Shown here piece after piece: positions 6,984-15,441 of a DNA stretch of 38,451 nucleotides (its first letter is position 1; every line of letters starts with the position of its first letter). This DNA is from Candidatus Dojkabacteria bacterium UBA2177. Its GTDB lineage: Bacteria > Patescibacteriota > Dojkabacteria > SC72. The notes beneath the pieces are model-generated. The model searched no databases and was not told where the DNA came from. It saw nothing but the letters and a program-made list of their open reading frames with translations. Location of the stretch: positions 1 through 38,451 of the forward strand of contig DCVX01000014.1 in assembly GCA_002328805.1 (NCBI GenBank). The letters run 5' to 3'. The position numbers were made by a program, and so were the translations under genes.

Positions 6984-8216
6984 TTAATTATTTTTAACTT
7001 CTGTATCGTAAATAAATTTCGCCAAAGATGCAGGTGTTATGTCAAATATATATCTTAAGTTTCCACTATTATCTTTAATATTTTCTAAATTCTCCGGTTT
7101 GAAGTAATCTATCTTTGGAACAACAGGGAAAGGAAGAAACTTTTTCCAAGGGAATTCCAACATAACTTCTTTAATCTCTGGTAGTAAGGCTCCTCCACCA
7201 CAAAGGTATATCTGTGTGGGAAATGAATCTATGTCGTCGCAGTAAGAGAATGCCGACTTGAGAGTTTTCATCCAGAGCTTTGCTACAGGATAAACAACCC
7301 TTTGAACATCTCTTGCTAATTCTTTATTTAGTTCTTTCTTTGAATATTTAATCTTTCTTTGTTCTGCAAATCTGTATTCTATATCTAAAACTCTAGAAAG
7401 TTCTTTTGTAAAGGTTCTTCCTCCAAAAGCAAACATCTTTGTTTCTACAACATTTCCCTTTTCCACTATTGCGATATCTGTTGTCCCTCCTCCTACATCT
7501 ATGAAGATAGCAGAGAAGTCTCTGTTAGTTGAGCCAGAATAAGCTCTTGCCACAGTAAAAGGTTGAGATACTATCCCTAGGGTTTCTAATTTAAGCTCAC
7601 TGGCAACTTTTTTTAGTGCCTCTGTGTATGTTTTTGGAGCAAAAGAGGCATAGAAATGTAATTTAACATCTCTTCCCTTGTAACCAATTAGAGAGTCAAC
7701 TGGCATTCCACCAATTTCTAAACCAGTTTTTGTAATGTGTAAGATTTCAATATCCTCATTAGTAAGTCCAATTCTCTGACTTAGGTCTTCTTTCCCACTG
7801 TCTTCTATCTTACTTTGTATTTGGTTTAAGATTTTTTTCTCTTCCTTTTCTGTAACTTCCTTGTCATAGTTTTCTTCCCTTTGGTAATTAACTACAATGG
7901 AGACGCCTTGAATATATTCTCCTGCAATCCCCATAATTACTTTTTTAGGTTGTTCATCTGTGGCTATCTTGTCATTGAGTTCAGAAACAGCAAGCCTGCA
8001 ATTTTCTAGGACGGTATCCAGGTTTTTAATAATCCCGCTTTTCATTGCATGTTGCTGTTGTTCTATCCTAGAAACCTTTTTAACAACAACGCCAAGGTTC
8101 TCTGTTGTGAAAAGGAGACTTTTTAATTGCTCTGTCCCTATGTCTAAAGCAATTATATTTTCTCCTTCAACGATATTTCCTTTAGAAGATGTTTTTAAGA
8201 AAGGCAGGTTGCGCAT
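6984..8216 (-). CDS. Actin-like ATPase of the FtsA/PilM family
   Basis: Phosphate-1 IIALDIGTEQLK, phosphate-2 FIDVGGGTTDIAIVEKG, FGGRTFTKELSRVL, adenosine motif IYLCGGGALLPEIKE, and an FtsA-like KSGIIKNLDTVLENCRLAV. I cannot separate FtsA from PilM by eye. No ftsZ follows it. Confidence 0.75.
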   Translation of the reverse strand: MRNLPFLKTSSKGNIVEGENIIALDIGTEQLKSLLFTTENLGVVVKKVSRIEQQQHAMKSGIIKNLDTVLENCRLAVSELNDKIATDEQPKKVIMGIAGEYIQGVSIVVNYQREENYDKEVTEKEEKKILNQIQSKIEDSGKEDLSQRIGLTNEDIEILHITKTGLEIGGMPVDSLIGYKGRDVKLHFYASFAPKTYTEALKKVASELKLETLGIVSQPFTVARAYSGSTNRDFSAIFIDVGGGTTDIAIVEKGNVVETKMFAFGGRTFTKELSRVLDIEYRFAEQRKIKYSKKELNKELARDVQRVVYPVAKLWMKTLKSAFSYCDDIDSFPTQIYLCGGGALLPEIKEVMLEFPWKKFLPFPVVPKIDYFKPENLENIKDNSGNLRYIFDITPASLAKFIYDTEVKNN

Positions 8217-8222
8217 ATGGAA

Positions 8223-8231
8223 AGTATAGCA
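8223..8231 (-). promoter_or_regulatory. Extended -10 element TGcTATACT, 6 nt upstream of the actin-like gene's ATG
   Basis: The minus strand reads ...AAATATGCTATACTTTCCAT-ATG. No Shine-Dalgarno is present. No convincing -35 was identified. Confidence 0.35.
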
Positions 8232-8254
8232 TATTTATACTAAATGTTTAGTAA

Positions 8255-9940
8255 TTAAATGATTGCTACAAGGATAATTGGTTCTCTTTCTGTTTTTTTG
8301 TAAATTACTCTACTTAAATCTCTTTCTAACTTCTTTACCAAAGCTTTCTCCTCAAACCTCTTTTGCTTTTGTGACATCTTTATCCAGTCTCGATGAACAT
8401 CGAAGATAAGGTTCTCAATTTCCTTAAGTAGCTCATGAGAGCCTTTTAAGTATACAAATCCCCTTGAGAGGAATTTAGGTTTGCCAATAATCTTTTTATT
8501 TTTGGAGCTTAAGTTTAAAACCACTGCAAACATTCCGAATTCGGAAAGTTGTTTCCTATCTTTAAGAACAATGTCTCCAATATCTCCTACTCCGAGTCCG
8601 TCTATTAGTATAGGTTTAGATTCTATCTTTGTTCCTCTGTTCCAGTAGTGTCCATTGAAGTTCCAGAATTGACCGTCTTCTGTTAGGAAGATATTCTTCT
8701 CAGGATAGCCCCATCCAAGGAGATTCTTTTTATGGAAATATCTAAAGGTTAAGGAACCGTGGACAGGCATTATGTTCTTAGGTTGTATTAAATCAACCAT
8801 CATCCTCATATCTTCTTGGTTGCCATGTCCCGTGGAGTGAATCTTGTTGTCATCACTGTCTTTTAGTAATTGTATTCCAAAACTAAGTAATCTGTCTGTC
8901 ATTCTTTCAATCTGTGTAATATTCTCTGGAATTTCGGAAGAAGAAAGAATTATTAAGTCGCTTTCTTTTAACTTAATATATTTATGTTCATTAAGAGAAA
9001 TTCTATTAAGAGCTGCAAATCTTTCTCCCTGACTTCCTGTGCAGAGTATTAATAGCTCTTTTTCAGGATATTTGTTCATATCTCTTTCTTTTACTAGATA
9101 TTCATCACTAATATTGATATATCTTTTTTCTCTTGCAATCTTTATTGCAGTTTCAAGACTTCTTCCAGATAAAACAACCTTTCTATTTGTTCTCTTGGCT
9201 ATCTCTATTAATGAGTAAAGCCTCGTTATTAGAGACGAGAATGCAGAAACAATTATTCTACCATTCTGGTTCTTAATTATTTCTTCTAAGTTTTTAGCGA
9301 TTTCTGTTTCAGAAGGTGCCTTTCCTGGAGTAGAAGCATTTGTACTCTCCATGAGTGCCAGATCTATCTTTCCTCTTAAGCCCTTGAGTTTCTCGTAATC
9401 ACTCTGTGGCTCATTTGCTGGAGTCTTGTCAAATTTGTAGTCTCCAGAGAAGAAAATATTTCCCTTTGGGGTGTCTAAAAATATTGAGAAGGCGTCTGGG
9501 ATACTGTGATTTATGCCTATAAATGTGGCTTTAAAGTATTTCCCAATATTGACGGTAGATTTTCTATCTATCCCAATAATCTTCACTTTCTTGTCCATCT
9601 TGTACTCTTTGAGCTTCTCTTCTATTAGAGCTTTAGCAAATCCCCCAGCGTATACAGGAGGGTAATCTAATTCCGGAAGTATCCATCTAAGTGCACCAGT
9701 ATGGTCTAAGTGACCATGGGTAATTAGAATTCCTTTAACTTTCTTTTTATTCTTTTTTAAATATTTCGTATTTGGTATGACATAATCTATGCCATATAAT
9801 TCTTGTCCAGGGAACGAATACCCTGCGTCTATCATAACTATCTCATCTGCGTATTGTACGAAATTGGAATTTCTTCCTATTTCCGTTGTACCAGAAAGAG
9901 TACATAGTTGAAGTAAACTATTTCTATTATTCTTATTCAT
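8255..9940 (-). CDS. rnj: Ribonuclease J (metallo-beta-lactamase / beta-CASP RNase)
   Basis: 561 aa. The HxHxDH motif appears as ILITHGHLDHTGAL, with the N-terminal GGTEIGRNS-type start and beta-CASP-sized architecture typical of RNase J. Confidence 0.9.
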   Translation of the reverse strand: MNKNNRNSLLQLCTLSGTTEIGRNSNFVQYADEIVMIDAGYSFPGQELYGIDYVIPNTKYLKKNKKKVKGILITHGHLDHTGALRWILPELDYPPVYAGGFAKALIEEKLKEYKMDKKVKIIGIDRKSTVNIGKYFKATFIGINHSIPDAFSIFLDTPKGNIFFSGDYKFDKTPANEPQSDYEKLKGLRGKIDLALMESTNASTPGKAPSETEIAKNLEEIIKNQNGRIIVSAFSSLITRLYSLIEIAKRTNRKVVLSGRSLETAIKIAREKRYINISDEYLVKERDMNKYPEKELLILCTGSQGERFAALNRISLNEHKYIKLKESDLIILSSSEIPENITQIERMTDRLLSFGIQLLKDSDDNKIHSTGHGNQEDMRMMVDLIQPKNIMPVHGSLTFRYFHKKNLLGWGYPEKNIFLTEDGQFWNFNGHYWNRGTKIESKPILIDGLGVGDIGDIVLKDRKQLSEFGMFAVVLNLSSKNKKIIGKPKFLSRGFVYLKGSHELLKEIENLIFDVHRDWIKMSQKQKRFEEKALVKKLERDLSRVIYKKTEREPIILVAII

Positions 9941-10130
9941 TTTTATCTATTTTAATTATTATATATATTATATGTGTGCCCTTTTTTTACCTTGTAAATT
10001 ATACAGGTTAAAAGGACTCTTTGCGGAAGAAATAATTGGGAGAAAATTATTTAGGGCCTTAAAGTATGTGCATTTTAACATAAAAAGGTAAATTTCGCGA
10101 ATTAGAAGGAATTTTAATGATGAAAATGTG

Positions 10131-10139
10131 TGCTATAAT
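10131..10139 (+). promoter_or_regulatory. Extended -10 element TGcTATAAT upstream of valS
   Basis: TGCTATAAT at 10131-10139. TTG at 10148 lies 8 nt downstream and ATG at 10154 lies 14 nt downstream. No Shine-Dalgarno. Confidence 0.4.
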
Positions 10140-10147
10140 GAGCATTA

Positions 10148-12442
10148 TTGAATATGCAAGAATTACCAAAAGCCTACAATTCTGACACAGAAAAAGAGAT
10201 TTCCAAGCTCTGGTATGAATCTGGACTAACAAACCCAGACAAGATGGCTGAACATTTGAAAGAGTCAGGAGAGGAAGTTAAAGAACCTTTTGTAATTACT
10301 CTCCCTCCTCCCAATGCAAATGGGAATCTACATTTAGGGCATGTATGTGGTTATTCCTTCCATGATGTTATGGGTAGGTATATGAGGATGACCGGTCATC
10401 CAACGCTTCTTCTACCAGGGAAAGACCATGCAGGAATACAGACAGAAACAGTTTTTGCTAAACATCTTAGCGAACAAGGAAAGAGTAAGCAGGAGTTAGG
10501 TAGGGAGAAATTCTACGAAGAAACATACAAATTCTGTATGAGCAATATAGAGAATGCTAGAGAACAAGAGAAGAGAATAGGTCTTTCTGCAGATTACAGT
10601 AGAGAATTATTTACTCTGGATCCAGGGCTTACAGAAATAGTGTATGAGACTTTCTCTCAAATGTTTGATGAAGGGTTAGTTTACAGAGACAAGAGAATTA
10701 TTAACCAGTGTCCTAGTTGTATGACTGCCTTGGCCGACATAGATGTTGAACATGAAGAGAGGAGAGGTATTTTTGCATACATAATCTATCCTTTTGTTGA
10801 AGAGGAGGATAGAAAATTAGCAAAAGAACTTCTAGGAGTAGAGGGAATAACAGTTGCTACGACAAGACCGGAAACAATGTTAGGAGATACTGCGGTTGTT
10901 GTTAATCCTAAAGATAAAAGATATAAGGCATTTGTAGGAAAGAAAGTTTTATTACCAATAGCCGAAAGAGAAATCTCCGTAATCGCAGATGAAGATACAG
11001 ACATGGAAATGGGAACGGGAGCAGTAAAAGTAACCCCAGCCCACTCCTCAGTTGACTTTGAAATTGGTAAAAAACATGGCCTAGAGGTAGTGAATGTCAT
11101 TAATGAAGAAGGGAAAATGGAAGGAGACATTCCAGAGAGATTTAAGGGAATGGAGACAGTAGAATGTTCCAAGGCTTTGAGTAAGGAACTAGAAAAACAA
11201 GGGCTGTTAATTAAAATAGAGAATATTAGACATGAAGTAACTGTTTGTGAAAGATGTAGAACACCCATTGAACCAATAATCTCTAACCAGTGGTATTTAG
11301 ATGTTTCTTCTCTTGCCAAAAAAGCACAGAAGAATATTAAGAAAGGAAAACTAAGAGTTTTTCCGAAAGGACAGCAGAAAGCACTCAGTCACTTCTTTGA
11401 AGAGATTCAGCCATGGTGTATTTCTAGACAGTTATGGTGGGGACAGAGAATCCCAATTTGGTATAGCGGAGGAAAGAAACTCTATGATTGGTTGCATGAA
11501 AATGAAGGGAAGAGTGTAGAAGACTACAAGGAAGAGACTGGTAAAGAACCCACAGGAACAGGAAAACTCTATGTCGGGGCAGAGAGACCTGAATCCAAAA
11601 ATGGTGAAGTATGGGAGGAGGAAACAGATGTTTTTGACACGTGGTTTAGCTCGGGCCAATGGCCATTTTCTACATTAGGAGGACCTGATGGGGAAGATTT
11701 TAAGAAATTCTATCCAACATCAATGATGATTCATGCTAGAGATATTCTTTTTTGGTGGTCTGCCAGGATGGTAATGATGGGTCTATACAGAACAGAAAAG
11801 TTGCCATTCTCGGACATCTTTCTTACAGGAATGATACTAGCTCCAGATGGTTCTAAGATGTCTAAATCTAAGGGAAATAGTGTTGAACCAAAGGAAATCT
11901 TTGAAAAGTATGGAGCAGACTCATTAAGACTCTGGTACTACTCTGATGCTCTTCCAGGATCAAATGCTCCAGTAAGAGAAGAAAAGATAAAGGGAAATAG
12001 GAATTTTGTTAACAAAGTCTGGAATGCTAGCAGATTTATCCTTATGAATGTGGAAGATAGTGAAATAGGAGAGATTTCCAAGAGGATAGAGGGTCCTATG
12101 GAAGAGACGGAGAGAATGAAAAGAACAAGAGATCATGTTAAAAAAGTTGGTGAATATATAGAAAAATACCAATTTAATCTAGGATCAGAGAAAATAAGGG
12201 AATTTTTCTGGCATGAATTCTGTGATATCTGGATAGAACAAGTAAAAGAAAGTATAGAGGACGAAGAAATAGGGAGTGAAAAAAGAATTCTATATCTGTC
12301 AGAATTGCTTTATCTTCTCAAAGAAAATCTTAAGATAATGCATCCATTTATGCCTTTTGTTACTGAATCAGTCTGGCAAGAACTTTCAAAGCTAGGGCTC
12401 GCAAAAGGGTTGTTAATGTCAGAGCAGATGATGTCCCGCTAG
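10148..12442 (+). CDS. valS: Valine--tRNA ligase (compact form, apparently lacking the C-terminal coiled-coil)
   Basis: HIGH-type PPPNANGNLHLGH; editing-domain signatures TTRPETMLGDTAVVVNPKDKRY and GTGAVKVTPAHSSVDF; KMSKS as KMSKSKGN. 764 aa compared with about 860-950 aa in model bacteria. The track start is TTG 10148; ATG 10154 is the alternative. Confidence 0.9.
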   Translation: MNMQELPKAYNSDTEKEISKLWYESGLTNPDKMAEHLKESGEEVKEPFVITLPPPNANGNLHLGHVCGYSFHDVMGRYMRMTGHPTLLLPGKDHAGIQTETVFAKHLSEQGKSKQELGREKFYEETYKFCMSNIENAREQEKRIGLSADYSRELFTLDPGLTEIVYETFSQMFDEGLVYRDKRIINQCPSCMTALADIDVEHEERRGIFAYIIYPFVEEEDRKLAKELLGVEGITVATTRPETMLGDTAVVVNPKDKRYKAFVGKKVLLPIAEREISVIADEDTDMEMGTGAVKVTPAHSSVDFEIGKKHGLEVVNVINEEGKMEGDIPERFKGMETVECSKALSKELEKQGLLIKIENIRHEVTVCERCRTPIEPIISNQWYLDVSSLAKKAQKNIKKGKLRVFPKGQQKALSHFFEEIQPWCISRQLWWGQRIPIWYSGGKKLYDWLHENEGKSVEDYKEETGKEPTGTGKLYVGAERPESKNGEVWEEETDVFDTWFSSGQWPFSTLGGPDGEDFKKFYPTSMMIHARDILFWWSARMVMMGLYRTEKLPFSDIFLTGMILAPDGSKMSKSKGNSVEPKEIFEKYGADSLRLWYYSDALPGSNAPVREEKIKGNRNFVNKVWNASRFILMNVEDSEIGEISKRIEGPMEETERMKRTRDHVKKVGEYIEKYQFNLGSEKIREFFWHEFCDIWIEQVKESIEDEEIGSEKRILYLSELLYLLKENLKIMHPFMPFVTESVWQELSKLGLAKGLLMSEQMMSR

Positions 12443-12525
12443 GGACAAGAATTTCTCAGGATAATTAAATAGTTATATAATCATTACAACGATTATATTT
12501 TTAATCTAAATTAAGGAAGAAAAGA

Positions 12526-13974
12526 ATGAAAAAAGAAAATCTATATATTACAACTACACTCCCCTATGTTAATGCAGAACCACATATAGGGCACGCATTG
12601 GAATTTATACAGGCGGATGCTATTTCCAGATACTTTAGGAAAAAACTAGGGGAAGAAAACGTTTTCTTTAACCTAGGAACAGATGAACATGGACAGAAAA
12701 TCTTAGATCAGTCAAGGAAGGAAGGAATTACAGTTCAAGAATTTGTAGATAAATATGCACAGAGATTTAAAGATTTCTGTGAATTATTCTTTGTAGAGTA
12801 TGACTATTTTTACAGAACCTCTGACCCAAAGCATCATAAGGCAGCAAAGGAATTCTGGAGAAGGTGTAATGAAAAGGGAGATATATATAAAAAGAAATAT
12901 AGTGGTTTCTATTGTGTAGGATGTGAGAGATTTCTAACAGAGAGAGATTTGGTAGACGGGAAATGTCCAGACCATGACAAGAAACCTGAGATCAAAGAGG
13001 AAGAGAATTACTTTTTCAGGCTTACAAATTATAGAGATACACTTCTTAAGTGGCTAGAGGAAAATCCAGAAGTGTTAAAACCAAAAAGGAAGTTAGATGA
13101 ACTCAAGGCAATAATTAGCGAGGCAGAGGATATAAGTATCTCGAGACTAAAAGAGAATCTCCCTTGGGGAATAGAAGTTCCTAATGATCCAGAGCAGGTA
13201 TTCTATGTTTGGTTTGATGCCCTTACAAACTATGTTAATGTCCTTGGTTTTGGAGAAGATGAGGAGAAGTTAAATAAATGGTGGCCTGGAATACAACTTT
13301 TTGGACCAGATAATCTAAGATTCCAAGGAAGTATATGGCAAGGGATGTTAGCTTCTGTAGGGCTGCCCCAGAGTAAGAGACTTTTGGAACACGGAATGGT
13401 TTTAGGACCAGATGGAAAAAAGATGTCTAAAACTCTTGGCAATATCATCTCTCCTTTTGAGCAAGAGGAGAAATTTGGGGCAGAGGTTGTTAGGTTTTAC
13501 CTTCTAACAGGTATTGCCACATTCGCAGATTCTGCATACAAAGAGGAGGAACTCATAAATATGTACAATTCTAGATTAGCAAATAACTTTGGAAACCTAC
13601 TTAATAGAACAATACATCTTGCTAATAGTAAGGAGGTCGAGATTAATAATGTTAAAGCAGTAGAAAAGCTCTTTAAGAAAGAAGTCGATAGATTCGAGAC
13701 AGAGATAAGAGACCTCTATGATGAGTATGAACTTGCTTTAGCTGGAGAAAAGATAGATGAACTGGCTGACTGGGGAAATAAATATATTACAGAGAGGGAG
13801 CCTTGGGAGGCGAGTAAGGGAAAAGAAGAAGTAGAAATCATATTAAACAATCTCAGTTATCTTCTTGATATAGTCTCTGAACTGTATGAACCAATCATCC
13901 CCGTAAGTGCCGTTAAAGCGAAGGAAGCTCTTGAGAAGAGGGAGAAAATAATTCTCTTCGAGAAGATTTCATAA
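12526..13974 (+). CDS. metG: Methionine--tRNA ligase (core enzyme, no C-terminal tRNA-binding appendage)
   Basis: TTTLPYVNAEPHIGHALE (HIGH), zinc knuckle CVGCERF...CPDHD, KMSKTLGN (KMSKS). AAGGAAG Shine-Dalgarno precedes the ATG. Confidence 0.9.
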   Translation: MKKENLYITTTLPYVNAEPHIGHALEFIQADAISRYFRKKLGEENVFFNLGTDEHGQKILDQSRKEGITVQEFVDKYAQRFKDFCELFFVEYDYFYRTSDPKHHKAAKEFWRRCNEKGDIYKKKYSGFYCVGCERFLTERDLVDGKCPDHDKKPEIKEEENYFFRLTNYRDTLLKWLEENPEVLKPKRKLDELKAIISEAEDISISRLKENLPWGIEVPNDPEQVFYVWFDALTNYVNVLGFGEDEEKLNKWWPGIQLFGPDNLRFQGSIWQGMLASVGLPQSKRLLEHGMVLGPDGKKMSKTLGNIISPFEQEEKFGAEVVRFYLLTGIATFADSAYKEEELINMYNSRLANNFGNLLNRTIHLANSKEVEINNVKAVEKLFKKEVDRFETEIRDLYDEYELALAGEKIDELADWGNKYITEREPWEASKGKEEVEIILNNLSYLLDIVSELYEPIIPVSAVKAKEALEKREKIILFEKIS

Positions 13975-13985
13975 ATCTAAATATA

Positions 13986-13994
13986 TGCTATACT
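13986..13994 (+). promoter_or_regulatory. Extended -10 element TGcTATACT upstream of the PilN-like gene
   Basis: ATATGCTATACTT at 13983-13995, with ATG at 14022. The same 13-mer occurs upstream of the actin-like gene at 8234..8222. Confidence 0.35.
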
Positions 13995-14021
13995 TGAACA
14001 ATAAAAGTTTAAAACTGCCAT

Positions 14022-14600
14022 ATGTTTCAGAGAGAGAAACAGCCAAAATCTATTAATTTCCTAGAAACGCTTTACGATCCTACTGATTTTTGGAGCAATG
14101 CTTATATATGGCTTGTTAGTATAGGGAAATATCTTTTAATAGGTGTTCAGGTAATAGTCTTAGGGGTTTTCTTCGCTAGATTTATTCTAGATGGGAAGAA
14201 TAATGATCTTACAGAAGAGATTAATAATAAAGTAGTGCTTCTCTCAAATGATACCTGGAAGAGGAATGCATTTCTTTTTGAAAATTACCAAGTGCTTTTA
14301 GGAGATATCAGAAATATAAGGGAGGGACAGACAATTAACTCTCTTCAGATTAGGGAACTTATTAATGGAATCCCAAGTAGTCTTGACTTAGAGGGGTTGA
14401 GTTTTAGTGAAAGGCGAGTGTCTTTGCGTCTCAGTTCTAATAATCTCAATAGTGTAAGGGACTATGAATCTGCTCTAAAGAATAATCCAATGTATGAGGA
14501 TGTGAAGTTTTCAATAACCAAGGAGGATGCGGAGATAAGTGTAGGGGTGTCATTTTATTTAAATACAGAAGGAGAAGTTGGTGGCAGAACGGAAAACTAA
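14022..14600 (+). CDS. Bitopic membrane protein, PilN-like (fimbrial assembly family) by topology and N-terminal motif
   Basis: 192 aa. Short cytoplasmic N-terminus with KSINFLE, resembling the INLLP PilM-binding motif of PilN. One TM (YLLIGVQVIVLGVFFARFIL), then an extracytoplasmic domain of about 130 aa. Assigned by eye only. Confidence 0.45.
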   Translation: MFQREKQPKSINFLETLYDPTDFWSNAYIWLVSIGKYLLIGVQVIVLGVFFARFILDGKNNDLTEEINNKVVLLSNDTWKRNAFLFENYQVLLGDIRNIREGQTINSLQIRELINGIPSSLDLEGLSFSERRVSLRLSSNNLNSVRDYESALKNNPMYEDVKFSITKEDAEISVGVSFYLNTEGEVGGRTEN

Positions 14601-15195
14601 TACAGCTGAATATATGAAGGTGATTAAAGAATCTTCTGAGAAACAGGAATCTTATATCTTTTTTGGGGTCTCAGTTCTTGTTGTTATCATCCTAATTGTT
14701 TTTGCCATTAGACCAACGATTACCACTATTACAAGAATAAATAAAGAGATCAAAGAAAAAGAGAGAGTGAACATTCAGCTTGAAAATAAGATAACCACAC
14801 TAAACGAGCTAGATAAGCAGTATGCTCCTAACAAGGAAGCTTTTGATGATTTGGAGATGATATTTCCCCCAGGGGACAATTTTAGTCTTTTACTGGCAAA
14901 CATAGAGTTGATTACCACACGCAACGGTCATAAGCTTTCTTCTGTAAGTTTTAATACATACAAGGGTAAAGATTACAATATCACAACAAAAGCTCTTGTT
15001 CCATATACAATCACTTTCAGTGCAAGAGGGAGAGAGGAAAACATCTTAAGTTTCCTAAAGGAATTAGAGGACCTTCCGATGTATCCTGTTATTGAGTCTT
15101 TCTCTTATTCAACCGAAACTGCAGATGACGGAACCAATGCCTTTACGGTTTCCTTAAGGATATATCATGTAGATAATGTAAATTTTTATAAGTAG
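14578..15195 (+). CDS. Bitopic membrane protein, PilO-like by topology (TM + coiled coil + alpha/beta domain)
   Basis: 205 aa. TTG start 14578 is preceded by AAGGAG and overlaps the upstream gene by 23 nt; ATG 14614 is the alternative start. TM FFGVSVLVVIILIVFAI, then coiled-coil INKEIKEKERVNIQLENKITTLNELDKQY, then a globular domain. Confidence 0.4.
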   Translation: MVAERKTNTAEYMKVIKESSEKQESYIFFGVSVLVVIILIVFAIRPTITTITRINKEIKEKERVNIQLENKITTLNELDKQYAPNKEAFDDLEMIFPPGDNFSLLLANIELITTRNGHKLSSVSFNTYKGKDYNITTKALVPYTITFSARGREENILSFLKELEDLPMYPVIESFSYSTETADDGTNAFTVSLRIYHVDNVNFYK

Positions 15196-15198
15196 GAT

Positions 15199-15441
15199 AT
15201 GGACATTATTAAGAAAGCAACAGTTCCTTTAGTTATGCTTCTAGTTGTTGTGGTTGTTTGGGTTGGTCTCTATATTTACTATGAGAGCTCCCAAATAGAG
15301 ATTAATCCCCTTGCAGATTCCTATGTGTCACAATTACAGAAGACCTTTGATTTAGAAGAGTTAGAAGAGGTTAATAGAAGAACAAAAGACCACTTCCCTG
15401 TTCTTCCTGAAGTTTTTTTTATGCTTGTAGGGAGAGATTAG
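15199..15441 (+). CDS. Small single-pass membrane protein (80 aa), hypothetical
   Basis: Starts 3 nt after the previous stop. [21 protein letters not shown]. Its stop overlaps the stop of convergent rpoD. Confidence 0.35.
   Translation: MDIIKKATVPLVMLLVVVVVWVGLYIYYESSQIEINPLADSYVSQLQKTFDLEELEEVNRRTKDHFPVLPEVFFMLVGRD

Noticed and set aside
6984-8216. Confident assignment of the actin-like ATPase as the cell-division protein FtsA.
   Set aside because: The motifs fit FtsA and PilM about equally well by eye. There is no adjacent ftsZ or ftsQ, and I did not recognise a C-terminal amphipathic membrane helix. I therefore kept the family-level call.
9972-10091. 39-codon ORF (MCALFLPCKLYRLKGLFAEEIIGRKLFRALKYVHFNIKR) in the rnj-valS divergent spacer.
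   Set aside because: It has no SD and no recognisable motif. An open frame of this length has roughly a several-percent chance per frame in AT-rich DNA. It sits where the two divergent promoters must lie. Only conservation in relatives could rescue it.
9941-10147. T-box or other riboswitch leaders upstream of valS (9941-10147) and metG (12443-12525).
   Set aside because: The spacers are short, and the predicted promoters leave leaders of only about 0-45 nt. I found no T-box consensus (AANNNGGGTGGTACCGCG-like), no specifier or antiterminator architecture and no terminator hairpin.
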